Origin: Azolla caroliniana
Taxonomy: Eukaryota; Plantae; Polypodiophyta
Assembly (NCBI GenBank): GCA_043228905.1
Contig: JBHGNT010000023.1
Location: 124,001-188,000 of the forward strand
Length of the DNA: 64,000 nucleotides
Direction of reading: 5' to 3'
Positions 1-12,929 of the stretch are shown one piece after another. A model generated the notes under the pieces. The model ran no database searches and was not told the DNA's origin. It worked only from the letters and a program-made list of their open reading frames with translations. How positions within the stretch are numbered: position 1 is the first letter of the stretch; each line of letters begins with the position of its first letter. Made by a program: the position numbers and the translations under genes.

Positions 1-178
1 TAACTACGCTAGCTATGATATAGAATTAAAAAATCAAGATTTTGAAACTTAGGTCGACAGACATGAACAAATTAGCAAATTTGAGGAGGGAGTGGACAAG
101 AGATAGTAGGTAAATTAAAATGTTCATACCTGGCTCGTGTGATATCGGATTTTTGTGTTCAAACATGCGAATCGAAGC
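1..178 (+). repeat. Representative 178-bp monomer (arbitrary phase)
   Basis: The consensus has about 66 G+C of 178 (41 G, 25 C on the + strand). It carries one EcoRV site (gatatc, 141-146), one NheI site (gctagc, 8-13), six CpGs and several A/T tracts. Confidence 0.95.
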
Positions 179-1111
179 TAACTACGCTAGCTATGATACA
201 GAATTAAAAAATCAAGATTTTGAAACTCAGGTCGAGAGACATGAACAAATTAGCAAATTTGAGGAGGGAGTGGACAAGACCTAGTAGGTAAATTAAAATG
301 TTCATACGTGGCTCGTGTGATATCGGATTTTTGTGTTCAAACATGCGAATCGAAGCTAACTACGCTAGCTATGATACAGAATTAAAAAATCAAGATTTTG
401 AAACTCAGGTCGAGAGACATGAACAAATTAGCAAATTTGAGGAGGGAGTGGACAAGAGCTAGTAGGTAAATTAAAATATTCATACCTGGCTCGTTTGATA
501 TCGGATTTTTGTGTTCAAACATGCGAATCGAAGCTAACTACGCTAGCTATGATACAGAATTAAAAAATCAAGATTTTGAAACTCAGGTCGAGAGACATGA
601 ACAAATTAGCAAATTTGAGGAGGGAGTGGACAAGAGCTAGTAGGTAAATTAAAATATTCATACCTGGCTCGTTTGATATCGGATTTTTGTGTTCAAACAT
701 GCGAATCGAAGCTAACTACGCTAGCTATGATATAGAATTAAAAAATCAAGATTTTGAAACTCAGGTCGAGAGACATGAAGAAATTAGCAAATTTGAGGAG
801 GGAGTGGACAAGACCTAGTAGGTAAATTAAAATGTTCATACCTGGCTCGTTTGATATCGGATTTTTGTGTTCAAACATGTGAATCGAAGCTAACTACGCT
901 AGCTATGATATAGAATTAAAAAATCAAGATGTTGAAACTCAGGTCGAGAGGCATGAAGAAATTAGCAAATTTGAGGAGGGAGTGGACAAGAGCTAGTAGG
1001 TAAATTAAAATATTCATACCTGGCTCGTTTGATATCGGATTTTTGTGTTCAAACATGCGAATCGAAGCTAACTACGCTAGCTATGATACAGAATTAAAAA
1101 ATCAAGATTTT

Positions 1112-4100
1112 GAAACTCAGGTCGAGAGACATGAACAAATTAGCAAATTTGAGGAGGGAGTGGACAAGAGCTAGTAGGTAAATTAAAATATTCATACCTG
1201 GCTCGCGTGATATTGGATTTTTGTGTTCAAACATGCGAATCGAAGCTAACTACGCTAGCTATGATACAGAATTAAAAAATCAAGATTTTGAAACTTAGGT
1301 CGACAGACATGATAGAATTAGCAAATTTGAGAAGGGAGTGGACAAGAGATAGTAGGTAAATTAAAATGTTCATACATGGCTCGTTTGATATCGGATTTTT
1401 GTGTTCAAACATGCCAATCGAAGCAAACTACGCTAGCTATGATATAGAATTAAAAAATCAAGATTTTGAAACTCAGGTCGAGAGACATGAACAAATTAGC
1501 AAATTTGAGGAGGGAGTGGACAAGAGCTACTAGGTAAATTAAAATATTCATACCTGGCTCGTGTGATATCGGATTTTTCTGTTCAAACATGCGAATCGAA
1601 ACTAACTACGCTAGCTATGATACAGAATTAAAAAATCAAGATTTTGAAACTCAGGTCAAGAGACATGAAGAAATTAGCAAATTTGAGAAGCGAGTGGACA
1701 AGAGATAGTAGCTAAATTAAAATGTTCATACCTGGCTCGTGTGATATCGGATTTTTGTGTTCAAACATGCGAATCGAAGCTAACTACGCTACCTATGATA
1801 CAGAATTAAAAAATCAAGATTTTGAAACTCAGGTCAAGAGACATGAACAAATTAGCAAATTTGAGGAGGGAGTGGACAAGAGATAGTAGGTAAATTAAAA
1901 TGTTCATACCTGGCTCGTGTGATATCGGATTTTTGTGTTCAAACATGTGAATCGAAGCTAACGACGCTAGCTATGATATAGAATTAAAAAATCAAGATGT
2001 TGAAACTCAGGTCGAGAGACATGAAGAAATTAGCAAATTTGAGGAGGGAGTGGACAAGACCTAGTAGGTAAATTAAAATGTTCATACCTGGCTCGTTTGA
2101 TATCGGATTTTTGTGTTCAAACATGCAAATCGAAGCTAACTACGCTAGCTATGATATAGAATTAAAAAATCAAGATTTTGAAACTCAGGTCGAGAGACAT
2201 GAACAAATTAGCAAATTTGAGGAGGGAGTGGACAAGAGATAGTAGCTAAATTAAAATGTTCATACCTGGCTCGTGTGATATCGGATTTTTATGTTCAAAC
2301 ATGCGAATCGAAGCCAACTACGCTAGCTATGATACAGAATTAAAAAATCAAGATTTTGAAACTCAGGTCGAGAGACATGAACAAATTAGCAAATTTGAGG
2401 AGGGAGTGGACAAGAGATAGTAGGTAAATTAAAATGTTCATACCTGGCTCGTGTGATATCGGATTTTTGTGTTCAAACATGTGAATCCAAGCTAACGACG
2501 CTAGCTATGATATAGAATTAAAAAATCAAGATGTTGAAACTCAGGTCGAGAGACATGAAGAAATTAGCAAATTTGAGGAGGGAGTGGACAAGACCTAGTA
2601 GGTAAATTAAAATGTTCATACCTGGCTCGTTTGATATCGGATTTTTGTGTTCAAACATGTGAATCGAAGCTAACTACGCTAGCTATGATATAGAATTAAA
2701 AAATCAAGATGTTGAAACTCAGGTCGAGAGACATGAACAAATTAGCAAATTTGAGGAGGGAGTGGACAAGAGCTAGTAGGTAAATTAAAATATTCATACC
2801 TGGCTCGCGTGATATTGGATTTTTGTGTTCAAACATGCGAATCGAAGCTAACTACGCTAGCTATGATACAGAATTAAAAAATCAAGATTTTGAAACTTAG
2901 GTCGACAGACATGATAGAATTAGCAAATTTGAGAAGGGAGTGGACAAGAGATAGTAGGTAAATTAAAATGTTCATACATGGCTCGTTTGATATCGGATTT
3001 TTGTGTTCAAACATGCCAATCGAAGCAAACTACGCTAGCTATGATATAGAATTAAAAAATCAAGATTTTGAAACTCAGGTCGAGAGACATGAACAAATTA
3101 GCAAATTTGAGGAGGGAGTGGACAAGAGCTACTAGGTAAATTAAAATATTCATACCTGGCTCGTGTGATATCGGATTTTTCTGTTCAAACATGCGAATCG
3201 AAACTAACTACGCTAGCTATGATACAGAATTAAAAAATCAAGATTTTGAAACTCAGGTCAAGAGACATGAAGAAATTAGCAAATTTGAGAAGCGAGTGGA
3301 CAAGAGATAGTAGCTAAATTAAAATGTTCATACCTGGCTCGTGTGATATCGGATTTTTGTGTTCAAACATGCGAATCGAAGCTAACTACGCTACCTATGA
3401 TACAGAATTAAAAAATCAAGATTTTGAAACTCGGGTCAAGAGACATGAACAAATTAGCAAATTTGAGGAGGGAGTGGACAAGAGATAGTAGGTAAATTAA
3501 AATGTTCATACCTGGCTCGTGTGATATCGGATTTTTGTGTTCAAACATGTGAATCGAAGCTAACGACGCTAGCTATGATATAGAATTAAAAAATCAAGAT
3601 GTTGAAACTCAGGTCGAGAGACATGAAGAAATTAGCAAATTTGAGGAGGGAGTGGACAAGACCTAGTAGGTAAATTAAAATGTTCATACCTGGCTCGTTT
3701 GATATCGGATTTTTGTGTTCAAACATGCGAATCGAAGCTAACTACGCTAGCTATGATATAGAATTAAAAAATCAAGATTTTGAAACTCAGGTCGAGAGAC
3801 ATGAACAAATTAGCAAATTTGAGGAGGGAGTGGACAAGAGATAGTAGCTAAATTAAAATGTTCATACCTGGCTCGTGTGATATCGGATTTTTATGTTCAA
3901 ACATGCGAATCGAAGCCAACTACGCTAGCTATGATACAGAATTAAAAAATCAAGATTTTGAAACTCAGGTCGAGAGACATGAACAAATTAGCAAATTTGA
4001 GGAGGGAGTGGACAAGAGATAGTAGGTAAATTAAAATGTTCATACCTGGCTCGTGTGATATCGGATTTTTGTGTTCAAACATGTGAATCCAAGCTAACGA

Positions 4101-4339
4101 CGCTAGCTATGATAGAGAATTAAAAAATCAAGATGTTGAAACTCAGGTCGAGAGACATGAAGAAATTAGCAAATTTGAGGAGGGAGTGGACAAGACCTAG
4201 TAGGTAAATTAAAATGTTCATACCTGGCTCGTTTGATATCGGATTTTTGTGTTCAAACATGTGAATCGAAGCTAACTACGCTAGCTATGATATAGAATTA
4301 AAAAATCAAGATGTTGAAACTCAGGTCGAGAGACATGAA
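1112..4339 (+). repeat. Tandem 9-monomer (1602 bp) higher-order duplication
   Basis: Rare variants recur at a 1602-bp offset: 'gctcgcgtgatattgg' at 1201/2803, 'gtgaatccaa' at 2481/4083, 'aagccaac' at 2311/3913, and 'catgccaatcgaagcaaac' at about 1410/3012. Confidence 0.9.
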
Positions 4340-5449
4340 GAAATTAGCAAATTTGAGGAGGGAGTGGACAAGACCTAGTAGGTAAATTAAAATGTTCATA
4401 CCTGGCTCGTTTGATATCGGATTTTTGTGTTCAAACATGCGAATCGAAGCTAACTACGCTAGCTATGATACAGAATTAAAAAATGAAGATTTTGAAACTC
4501 AGGTCAAGAGACATGAAGAAATTAGCAAATTTGAGGAGCGAGTGGACAAGAGATAGTAGCTAAATTAAAATGTTCATACCTGGCTCGTGTGATATCGGAT
4601 TTTTGTGTTCAAACATGCGAATCGAAGCTAACTACGCTACCTATGATACAGAATTAAAAAATCAAGATTTTGAAACTCAGGTCAAGAGACATGAACAAAT
4701 TAGCAAATTTGAGGAGGGAGTGGACAAGAGATAGTAGGTAAATTAAAATGTTCATACCTGGCTCGTGTGATATCGGATTTTTATGTTCAAACATGCGAAT
4801 CGAAGCTAACTACGCTAGCTATGATACAGAATTAAAAAATCAAGATTTTGAAACTCAGGTCGAGAGACATGAACAAATTAGCAAATTTGAAGAGGGAGTG
4901 GACAAGAGCTAGTAGGTAAATTAAAATATTCATACCTGGCTCGTGTGATATCGGATTTTTGTGTTCAAACATGCGAATCGAAGCTAACTACGCTAGCTAT
5001 GATATAGAATTAAAAAATCAAGATTTTGAAACATAGGTCGAGAGACATGAACAAATTAGCAAATTTTAGGAGGGAGTGGACAAGAGCTAGTAGGTAAATT
5101 AAAATGTTCATACCTGGCTCGTGTGATATCGGATTTTTGTGTTCAAACATGCGAATCGAAGCTAACTACGCTAGCTATGATACAGAATTAAAAAATCAAG
5201 ATTTTGAAACTCAGGTTGATAGACATGAAGAAATTAGTAAATTTGAGGAGGGAGTGGACAAGAGCTACTAGGTAAATTAAAATATTCATACCTGGCTCGT
5301 GTGATATCGGATTTTTCTGTTCAAACATGCGAATCGAAACTAACTACGCTAGCTATGATACAGAATTAAAAAATCAAGATTTTGAAACTCAGGTCAAGAG
5401 ACATGAACAAATTAGCAAATTTGAGGAGGGAGTGGACAAGAGATAGTAG

Positions 5450-6505
5450 GTAAATTAAAATGTTCATACCTGGCTCGTGTGATATCGGAGTTTTGTGTTC
5501 AAACATGTGAATCGAAGCTAACGACGCTAGCTATGATATAGAATTAAAAAATCAAGATGTTGAAACTCAGGTCGAGAGACATGAAGAAATTAGCAAATTT
5601 GAGGAGGGAGTGGACAAGAGCTAGTAGGTAAATTAAAATGTTCATACCTGGCTCGTTTGATATCGGATTTTTGTGTTCAAACATGCGAATCGAAGCTAAC
5701 TACGCTAGCTATGATATAGAATTAAAAAATCAAGATTTTGAAACTCAGGTCGAGAGACATGAACAAATTAGCAAATTTGAGGAGGGAGTGGACAAGAGAT
5801 AGTAGCTAAATTAAAATGTTCATACCTGGCTCGTGTGATATCGGATTTTTATGTTCAAACATGCGAATCGAAGCCAACTACGCTAGCTATGATACAGAAT
5901 TAAAAAATCAAGATTTTGAAACTCAGGTCGAGAGACATGAACAAATTAGCAAATTTGAGGAGGGAGTGGACAAGAGATAGTAGGTAAATTAAAATGTTCA
6001 TACCTGGCTCGTGTGATACCGGATTTTTGTGTTCAAACATGTGAATCGAAGCTAACGACGCTAGCTATGATATAGAATTAAAAAATCAAGATGTTGAAAC
6101 TCAGGTCGAGAGACATGAAGAAATTAGCAAATTTGAGGAGGGAGTGGACAAGACCTAGTAGGTAAATTAAAATGTTCATACCTGGCTCGTTTGATATCGG
6201 ATTTTTGTGTTCAAACATGCGAATCGAAGCTAACTACGCTAGCTATGATATAGAATTAAAAAATCAAGATTTTGAAACTCAGGTCGAGAGACATGAACAA
6301 ATTAGCAAATTTGAGGAGGGAGTGGACAAGAGATAGTAGCTAAATTAAAATGTTCATACCTGGCTCGTGTGATATCGGATTTTTATGTTCAAACATGCGA
6401 ATCGAAGCCAACTACGCTAGCTATGATACAGAATTAAAAAATCAAGATTTTGAAACTCAGGTCGAGAGACATGAACAAATTAGCAAATTTGAGGAGGGAG
6501 TGGAC
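5450..6505 (+). repeat. Tandem 3-monomer (534 bp) duplication
   Basis: 'aagccaac' (preceded by 'tttttatgttc') at 5871 and 6405 is offset by 534 = 3x178. The 'aacgacgc' and 'gatgttga' variants repeat at the same offset. Confidence 0.8.
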
Positions 6506-9500
6506 AAGAGCTAGTAGGTAAATTATAATGTTCATACCTGGCTCGTTTGATATCAGATTTTTGTGTTCAAACATGCGAATCGAAACTAACTACGCTAGCT
6601 ATGATACAGAATTAAAAAATCAAGATTTTGAAACTCAGGTCGAGAGACATGAAGAAATTAGCAAATTTGAGGAGGGAGTGGACAAGAGCTAGTAGGTAAA
6701 TTAAAATGTTCATACCTGGCTCGTGTGATATCGGATTTTTGTGTTCAAACATGTGAATCGAAGCTAACTACGCTAGCTATGATACAGAATTAAAAACTCA
6801 AGATTTTCAAACTCAGGTCGAGAGACATGAACAAATTAGCAAATTTGAGGAGGGAGTGGACAAGAGCTAGTAGGTAAATTAAAATGTTCATACGTGGCTC
6901 GTGTGATATCGGATTTTTGTGTTCAAACATGCAAATCGAAGCTAACTACGCTAGCTATGATACAGAATTAAAAAATCAAGATTTTGAAACTCAGGTTGAG
7001 AGACATGAAGAAATTAGCAAATTTGAGGAGGGAGTGGACAAGAGCTACTAGGTAAATTAAAATATTCATACCTGGCTCGTGTGATAACGGATTTTTCTGT
7101 TCAAACATGCGAATCGAAACTAACTACGCTAGCTATGATACAGAATTAAAAAATCAAGATTTTGAAACTCAGGTCAAGAGACATGAAGAAATTAGCAAAT
7201 TTGAGGAGCGAGTGGACAAGAGATAGTAGCTAAATTAAAATGTTCATACCTGGCTCGTGTGATATCGGATTTTTGTGTTCAAACATGGGAATCGAAGCTA
7301 ACTACGCTACCTATGATACAGAATTAAAAAATCAAGATTTTGAAACTCAGGTCAAGAGACATGAAGAAATTAGCAAATTTGAGGAGGGAGTGGACAAGAG
7401 CTAGTAGGTAAATTAAAATGTTCATACCTGGCTCGTTTGATATCGGATTTTTGTGTTCAAACATGCGAATCGGAGCTAACTACGCTACCTATGATACAGA
7501 ATTAAAAAATCGAGATTTTGAAACTCAGGTCGAGAGACATGAACAAAATAGCAAATTTGAGGAGGGAGTGGACAAGAGATAGTAGGTAAATTAAAATGTT
7601 CATACCTGGCTCGTGTGATATCGGATTTTTGTGTTCAAGCATGCGAATCGAAGCTAACTACGCTAGCTATGATACAGAATTAAAAATTCAGGATTTTGAA
7701 ACTCAGGTCGAGAGACATGAAGAAATTAGCAAATTTGAGGAGGGAGTGGACAAGAGCTAGTAGGTAAATTAAAATGTTCATTCCTGGCTCGTTTGATATT
7801 GGATTTCTGTGTTCAAACATGCGAATCAAAGCTAACTACGCTAGCTATGATACAGAATTAAAAAATCAAGATTTTGAAACTCAGGTCGACAGACATGATA
7901 GAATTAGCAAATTTGAGGAGGGAGTGGAGAAGAGCGCGTTAGTAAATTAAAATGTTCATACCTGGCTCGTTTCATATCGGATTTTTGTGTTCAAACATGC
8001 GAATCGAAGCTAACTACGCTAGCTATGATATAGAATTAAAAAATCAAAATTTTGAAACTCAGGTCGAGAGACATGAACAAATTAGCAAATTTGAGGAGGG
8101 AGTGGACAAGAGATAGTAGCTAAATTAAAATGTTCATACCTGGCTCGTGTGATATCGGATTTTTGTGTTCAAACATGTGAATCGAAGCTAACTACGCTAG
8201 CTATGATACAGAATTAAAAAATCAAGATTTTCAAACTCAGGTCGAGAGACATGAACAAATTAGCAAATTTGAGGAGGGAGTGGACAAGAGCTTGTAGGTA
8301 AATTAAAATGTTCATACGTGGCTCGTGTGATATCGGATTTTTGTGTTCAAACATGCAAATCGAAGCTAACTACGCTAGCTATGATACAGAAATAAAAAAT
8401 CAAGATTTTGAAACTCAGGTCGAGAGACATGAAGAAATTAGCAAATTTGAGGAGGGAGTGGACAAGAGATAGTAGCTAAATTAAAATGTTCATACTTGGC
8501 TCGTGTGATATCGGATTTTTATGTTCAAACATGCGAATCGAAGCTAACTACGCTAGTTATGATACAGAATTAAAAAATCAAGATTTTGAAACTCAGGTCG
8601 AGAGACATGAACAAATTAGCAAATTTGAGGAGGGAGTGGACAAGAGCTAGTAGGTAAATTATAATGTTCATACCTGGCTCGTTTGATATCGGATTTTTGT
8701 GTTCAAACATGCGAATCGAAACTAACTACGCTAGCTATGATACAGAATTAAAAAATGAAGACTTTGAAACTCAGGTCGACAGACATGATAGAATTAGCAA
8801 ATTTGAGGAGGGAGTGGACAAGAGCTAGTAGGTAAATTAAAATGTTCATACCTGGCTCGTTTGATATCGGATTTTTGTGTTCAAACATGCGAATCGAAGC
8901 TAACTACGCTAGCTATGATACAGAATTAAAAAATCAAGATTTTGAAACTCAGGTCGAGAAACATGAACAAATTAGCAAATTTGAGGAGGGAGTGGACAAG
9001 AGCTAGTAGGTAAATTAAAATATTCATACCTGGCTCGCGTGATATCGGATTTTTGTGTTCAAACATGCGAATCGAAGCTAACTACGCTAGCTATGATATA
9101 GAATTAAAAAATCAAGATTTTGAAACTTAGGTCGAGAGACATGAACAAATTAGCAAATTTGAGGAGGGAGTGGACAAGAGCTAGTAGGTAAATTAAAATG
9201 TTCATACGTGGCTCGTGTGATATCGGATTTTTGTGTTCAAACATGCGAATCGAAGCTAACTACGCTAGCTATGATACAGAATTAAAAAATCAAGATTTTG
9301 AAACTCAGGTCGAGAGACATGAACCAATTAGCAAATTTGAGGAGGGAGTGGACAAGAGCTAGTAGCTATATTAAAATATTCATACCTGGCTCGTGTGATA
9401 TTGGATTTTTCTGTTCAAACATGCGAATCGAAACTAACTACGCTAGCTATGATACAGAATTAAAAAATCAAGATTTTGAAACTCAGGTCGAGAGACATGA

Positions 9501-12500
9501 AACAAATTAGCAAATTTGAGGAGGGAGTGGACAAGAGATAGTAGCTAAATTAAAATGTTCATACCTGGCTCGTGTGATATCGGACTTTTGTGTTCAAACT
9601 TGCGAATCGAAGCTAGCAACGCTTGCTATGACACAGAATTAAAAAATCAAGATTTTGAAACTCAGGTCGAGAGACATGAAGAAATTAGCAAATTTGAGGA
9701 GCGAGTGGACAAGAGATAGTAGCTAAATTAAAATGTTCATACCTGGCTCGTGTGATATCGGATTTTGTGTTCAAACATGCGAATCGAAGCTAACTACACT
9801 AGCTATGATACAGAATTAAAAAATCAAGATTTTGGAACTCAGGTCGAGAGACATGAAGAAATTAGCAAATTTGAGGAGGGAGTGGACAAGAGCTAGTAGG
9901 TAAATTAAAATATTCATACGTGGCTCGTGTGATATCGGATTTTGTGTTCAAACATGCGAATCGAAGCTAACTACACTAGCTATGATACAGAATTAAAAAA
10001 TCAAGATTTTGGAACTCAGGTCGAGAGACATGAAGAAATTAGCAAATTTGAGGAGGGAGTGGACAAGAGCTAGTAGGTAAATTAAAATGTTCATACCTGC
10101 CTCATGTGATATCGGATTTTTGTGTTCAAACTTGCGAATCGAAGCTAACAACGCTTGCTATGATATAGAATTAAAAAATCAAGACTTTAAAACTCAGGTC
10201 GAGAGACATGACCGAATTAGCAAATTTGAGGAGGGAGTGGACAAGAGCTAGTAGGTAAATTAAAATGTTCATACCTGGCTCGTGTGATATCGGATTTTTG
10301 TGTTCAAACTTGCGAATCGAAGCTAACAACGGTTGCTATGATACAGAATTAAAAAATCCATATTTTGGAACTCAGGTCGAGAGACATAAAGAAATTAGCA
10401 ACTTTGAGGAGGGAGTGGACAAGAGCGCGTAGGTAAATTAAAATGTTCATACGTGGCTCGTGTGATATCGGATTTTTGTGTTGAAACTTGCGAATCGAAG
10501 CTAACAACGCTTGCTATGATACAGAATTAAAAAATCAAGATTTTGAAACTCAGGTCGAGAGACATGAAGAAATTAGCAAATTTGAGGAGGGAGTGGACAT
10601 GACCTGGTAGGTAAATTAAAATGTTCATACCTGGCTCGTATGATATCGGATTTTTGTGTTCAAACATCCGAATCGAAGCTAACTACGCTAGGTATGATAC
10701 AGAATTAAAAAATCAAGATTTTGAAACTCAGCTCCAGAGACATGACCGAATTAGCAAATTTGAGGAGGGAGTGGACAAGAGCTAGTAGGTAAATTAAAAT
10801 GTTCATACGTGGCTCGTGTGATATCGGATTTTTGTGTTGAAACTTGCGAATCGAAGCTAACTACGCTAGCTATGATACAGAATTAAAAAATCAAGATTTT
10901 GAAACTCAGGTCGAGAGACATGAACAAATTAGCAAATTTGAGGAGGGAGTGGACAAGAGCTACTAGGTAAATTAAAATGTTCATACCTGGCTCGTTTGAT
11001 ATCGGATTTTTGTGTTCAAACATGCGAATCGAAGCTAACTCCGCTAGCTATGATATTGAATTAAAAAATCAAGATTTTAAAACTCAGGTCGAGAGACATG
11101 AACAAATTAGCAAATTTGAGGAGGGAGTGGACAAGAGCTAGTAGGTAAATTAAAATATTCATACCTGGCTCGCGTGATATCGGATTTTTGTGTTCAAACA
11201 TGCGAATCGAAGCTAACTACGCTAGCTATGATATAGAATTAAAAAATCAAGATTTTGAAACTTTGGTCGAGAGACATGAACAAATTAGCAAATTTGAGGA
11301 GGGAGTGGACAAGAGCGCGTAGGTAAATTAAAATGTTCATACGAGGCTCGTGTGATATCGGATTTTTGTGTTCAAACATGCGAATCGAAGCTAACTACGC
11401 TAGCTATGATACAGAATTAAAAAATCAAGATTTTGAAACTCAGGTTGATAGACATGAAGAAATTAGCAAATTTGAGGAGGGAGTGGACAAGAGCGCGTTA
11501 ATATATTAAAATGTTCATACCTGGCTTGTGTGATATCGGATTTTTGTGTTGAAACTTGCGAATCGAAGCTAACAACGCTTGCTATGATACAGAATTAAAA
11601 AATTAAGATTTTGAAACTCAGGTCGAGAGACATGAAGAAATTAGCAAATTTGAGGAGGGAGTGGAGAAGAGCGCATAGGTAAATTAAAATGTTCATACCT
11701 GGCTCGTGCGATATCGGATTTTTGTGCTCAAACATGCGAATCGAAGCTAACTACGCTTACTATGATACAGAATTAAAAAATCAAGATTTTGAAACTCAGG
11801 TCGAGAGACATTAAGAAATTAGCAAATTTGAGGAGGGAGTGGACAAGAGCGCGTAGGTAAATTAATATGTTCATACCTGGCTCGTGTGATATCGGACTTT
11901 TGTGTTCAAACTTGCGAATCGAAGCTAACAACGCTTGCTATGACACAAAATTAAAAAATCAAGATTTTGAAACTCAGGTCGAGAGACATGAAGAAATTAG
12001 CAAATTTGAGGAGGGAGTGGACAAGAGCGCGTAGGTAAATTAAAATGTTCATACCTGGCTCGTGTGATATCGGATTTTTGTGTTCAAACATGAGAATCGA
12101 AGCTAACAACGCTTGTTATGATACAGAATTAAAAAATTAAGATTTTGAAACTCAGGTCGAGAGACATGAAGAAATTAGCAAATTGGAGGAGGGAGTGGAC
12201 AAGAGCTAGTAGGTAAATTAAAATGTTCATACCTAGCTCGTGTGATATCGGATTTTTGTGTACAAACATGCGAATCGAAGCTAACTACACTAGCTATGAT
12301 ACAGAATTAAAAAATCAAGATTTTGAAACTCAGCTCGAGAGACATGAAGAAATTAGCAAATTTGAGGAGGGAGTGGACAAGAGCTAGTAGGTAAATTAAA
12401 ATGTTCATACCTGGCTCGTGTGATATCGGATTTTTGTGTTCAAACTTGCGAATCGAAGCTAACTACGCTAGCTATGATATAGAATTAAAAAATCAAAGTT

Positions 12501-12929
12501 TTGAAACTCAGGTCGAGAGACATGAAGAAATTAGCAAATTTGAGGAGGGAGTGGACGAGAGCGCGTAGGTAAATTAAAATGTTCATACCTGGCTCGCGTG
12601 ATATCGGATTTTTGTGTTCAAACATGCGAATCGAAGCTAACTACGCTAGCTATGATATAGAATTAAAAAATCAAGATTTTGAAACTTAGGTCGAGAGACA
12701 TGAACAAATTAGCAAATTTGAGGAGGGAGTGGACAAGAGCTAGTAGGTAAATTAAAATGTTCATACGTGGCTCGTGTGATATCGGATTTTTGTGTTGAAA
12801 CTTGCGAATCGAAGCTAACAACGCTTGCTATGATACAGAATTAAAACATCAAGATTTTGAAACTCAGGTCGAGAGACATGAAGAAATTAGCAAATTTGAG
12901 GAGGGAGTGGAGAAGAGCGCGTAGGTAAA

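Noticed and set aside
83-93. Shine-Dalgarno-like or polypurine-tract-like 'gaggagggagt'
   Set aside because: No suitably spaced start codon with an ORF follows it, and there is no LTR context. It is simply part of the monomer.
85-110. Potential G-quadruplex (gg-a-ggg-agt-gg-...-gg)
   Set aside because: There is only one GGG run. At best this is a weak two-tetrad motif with a 13-nt loop, and the last GG is often mutated (tagct).
1-178. Identification as Arabidopsis CEN178, Brassica CentBr or alpha satellite
   Set aside because: Only the length is similar. I recognise none of their characteristic sequence motifs, and a database search is needed for any assignment.
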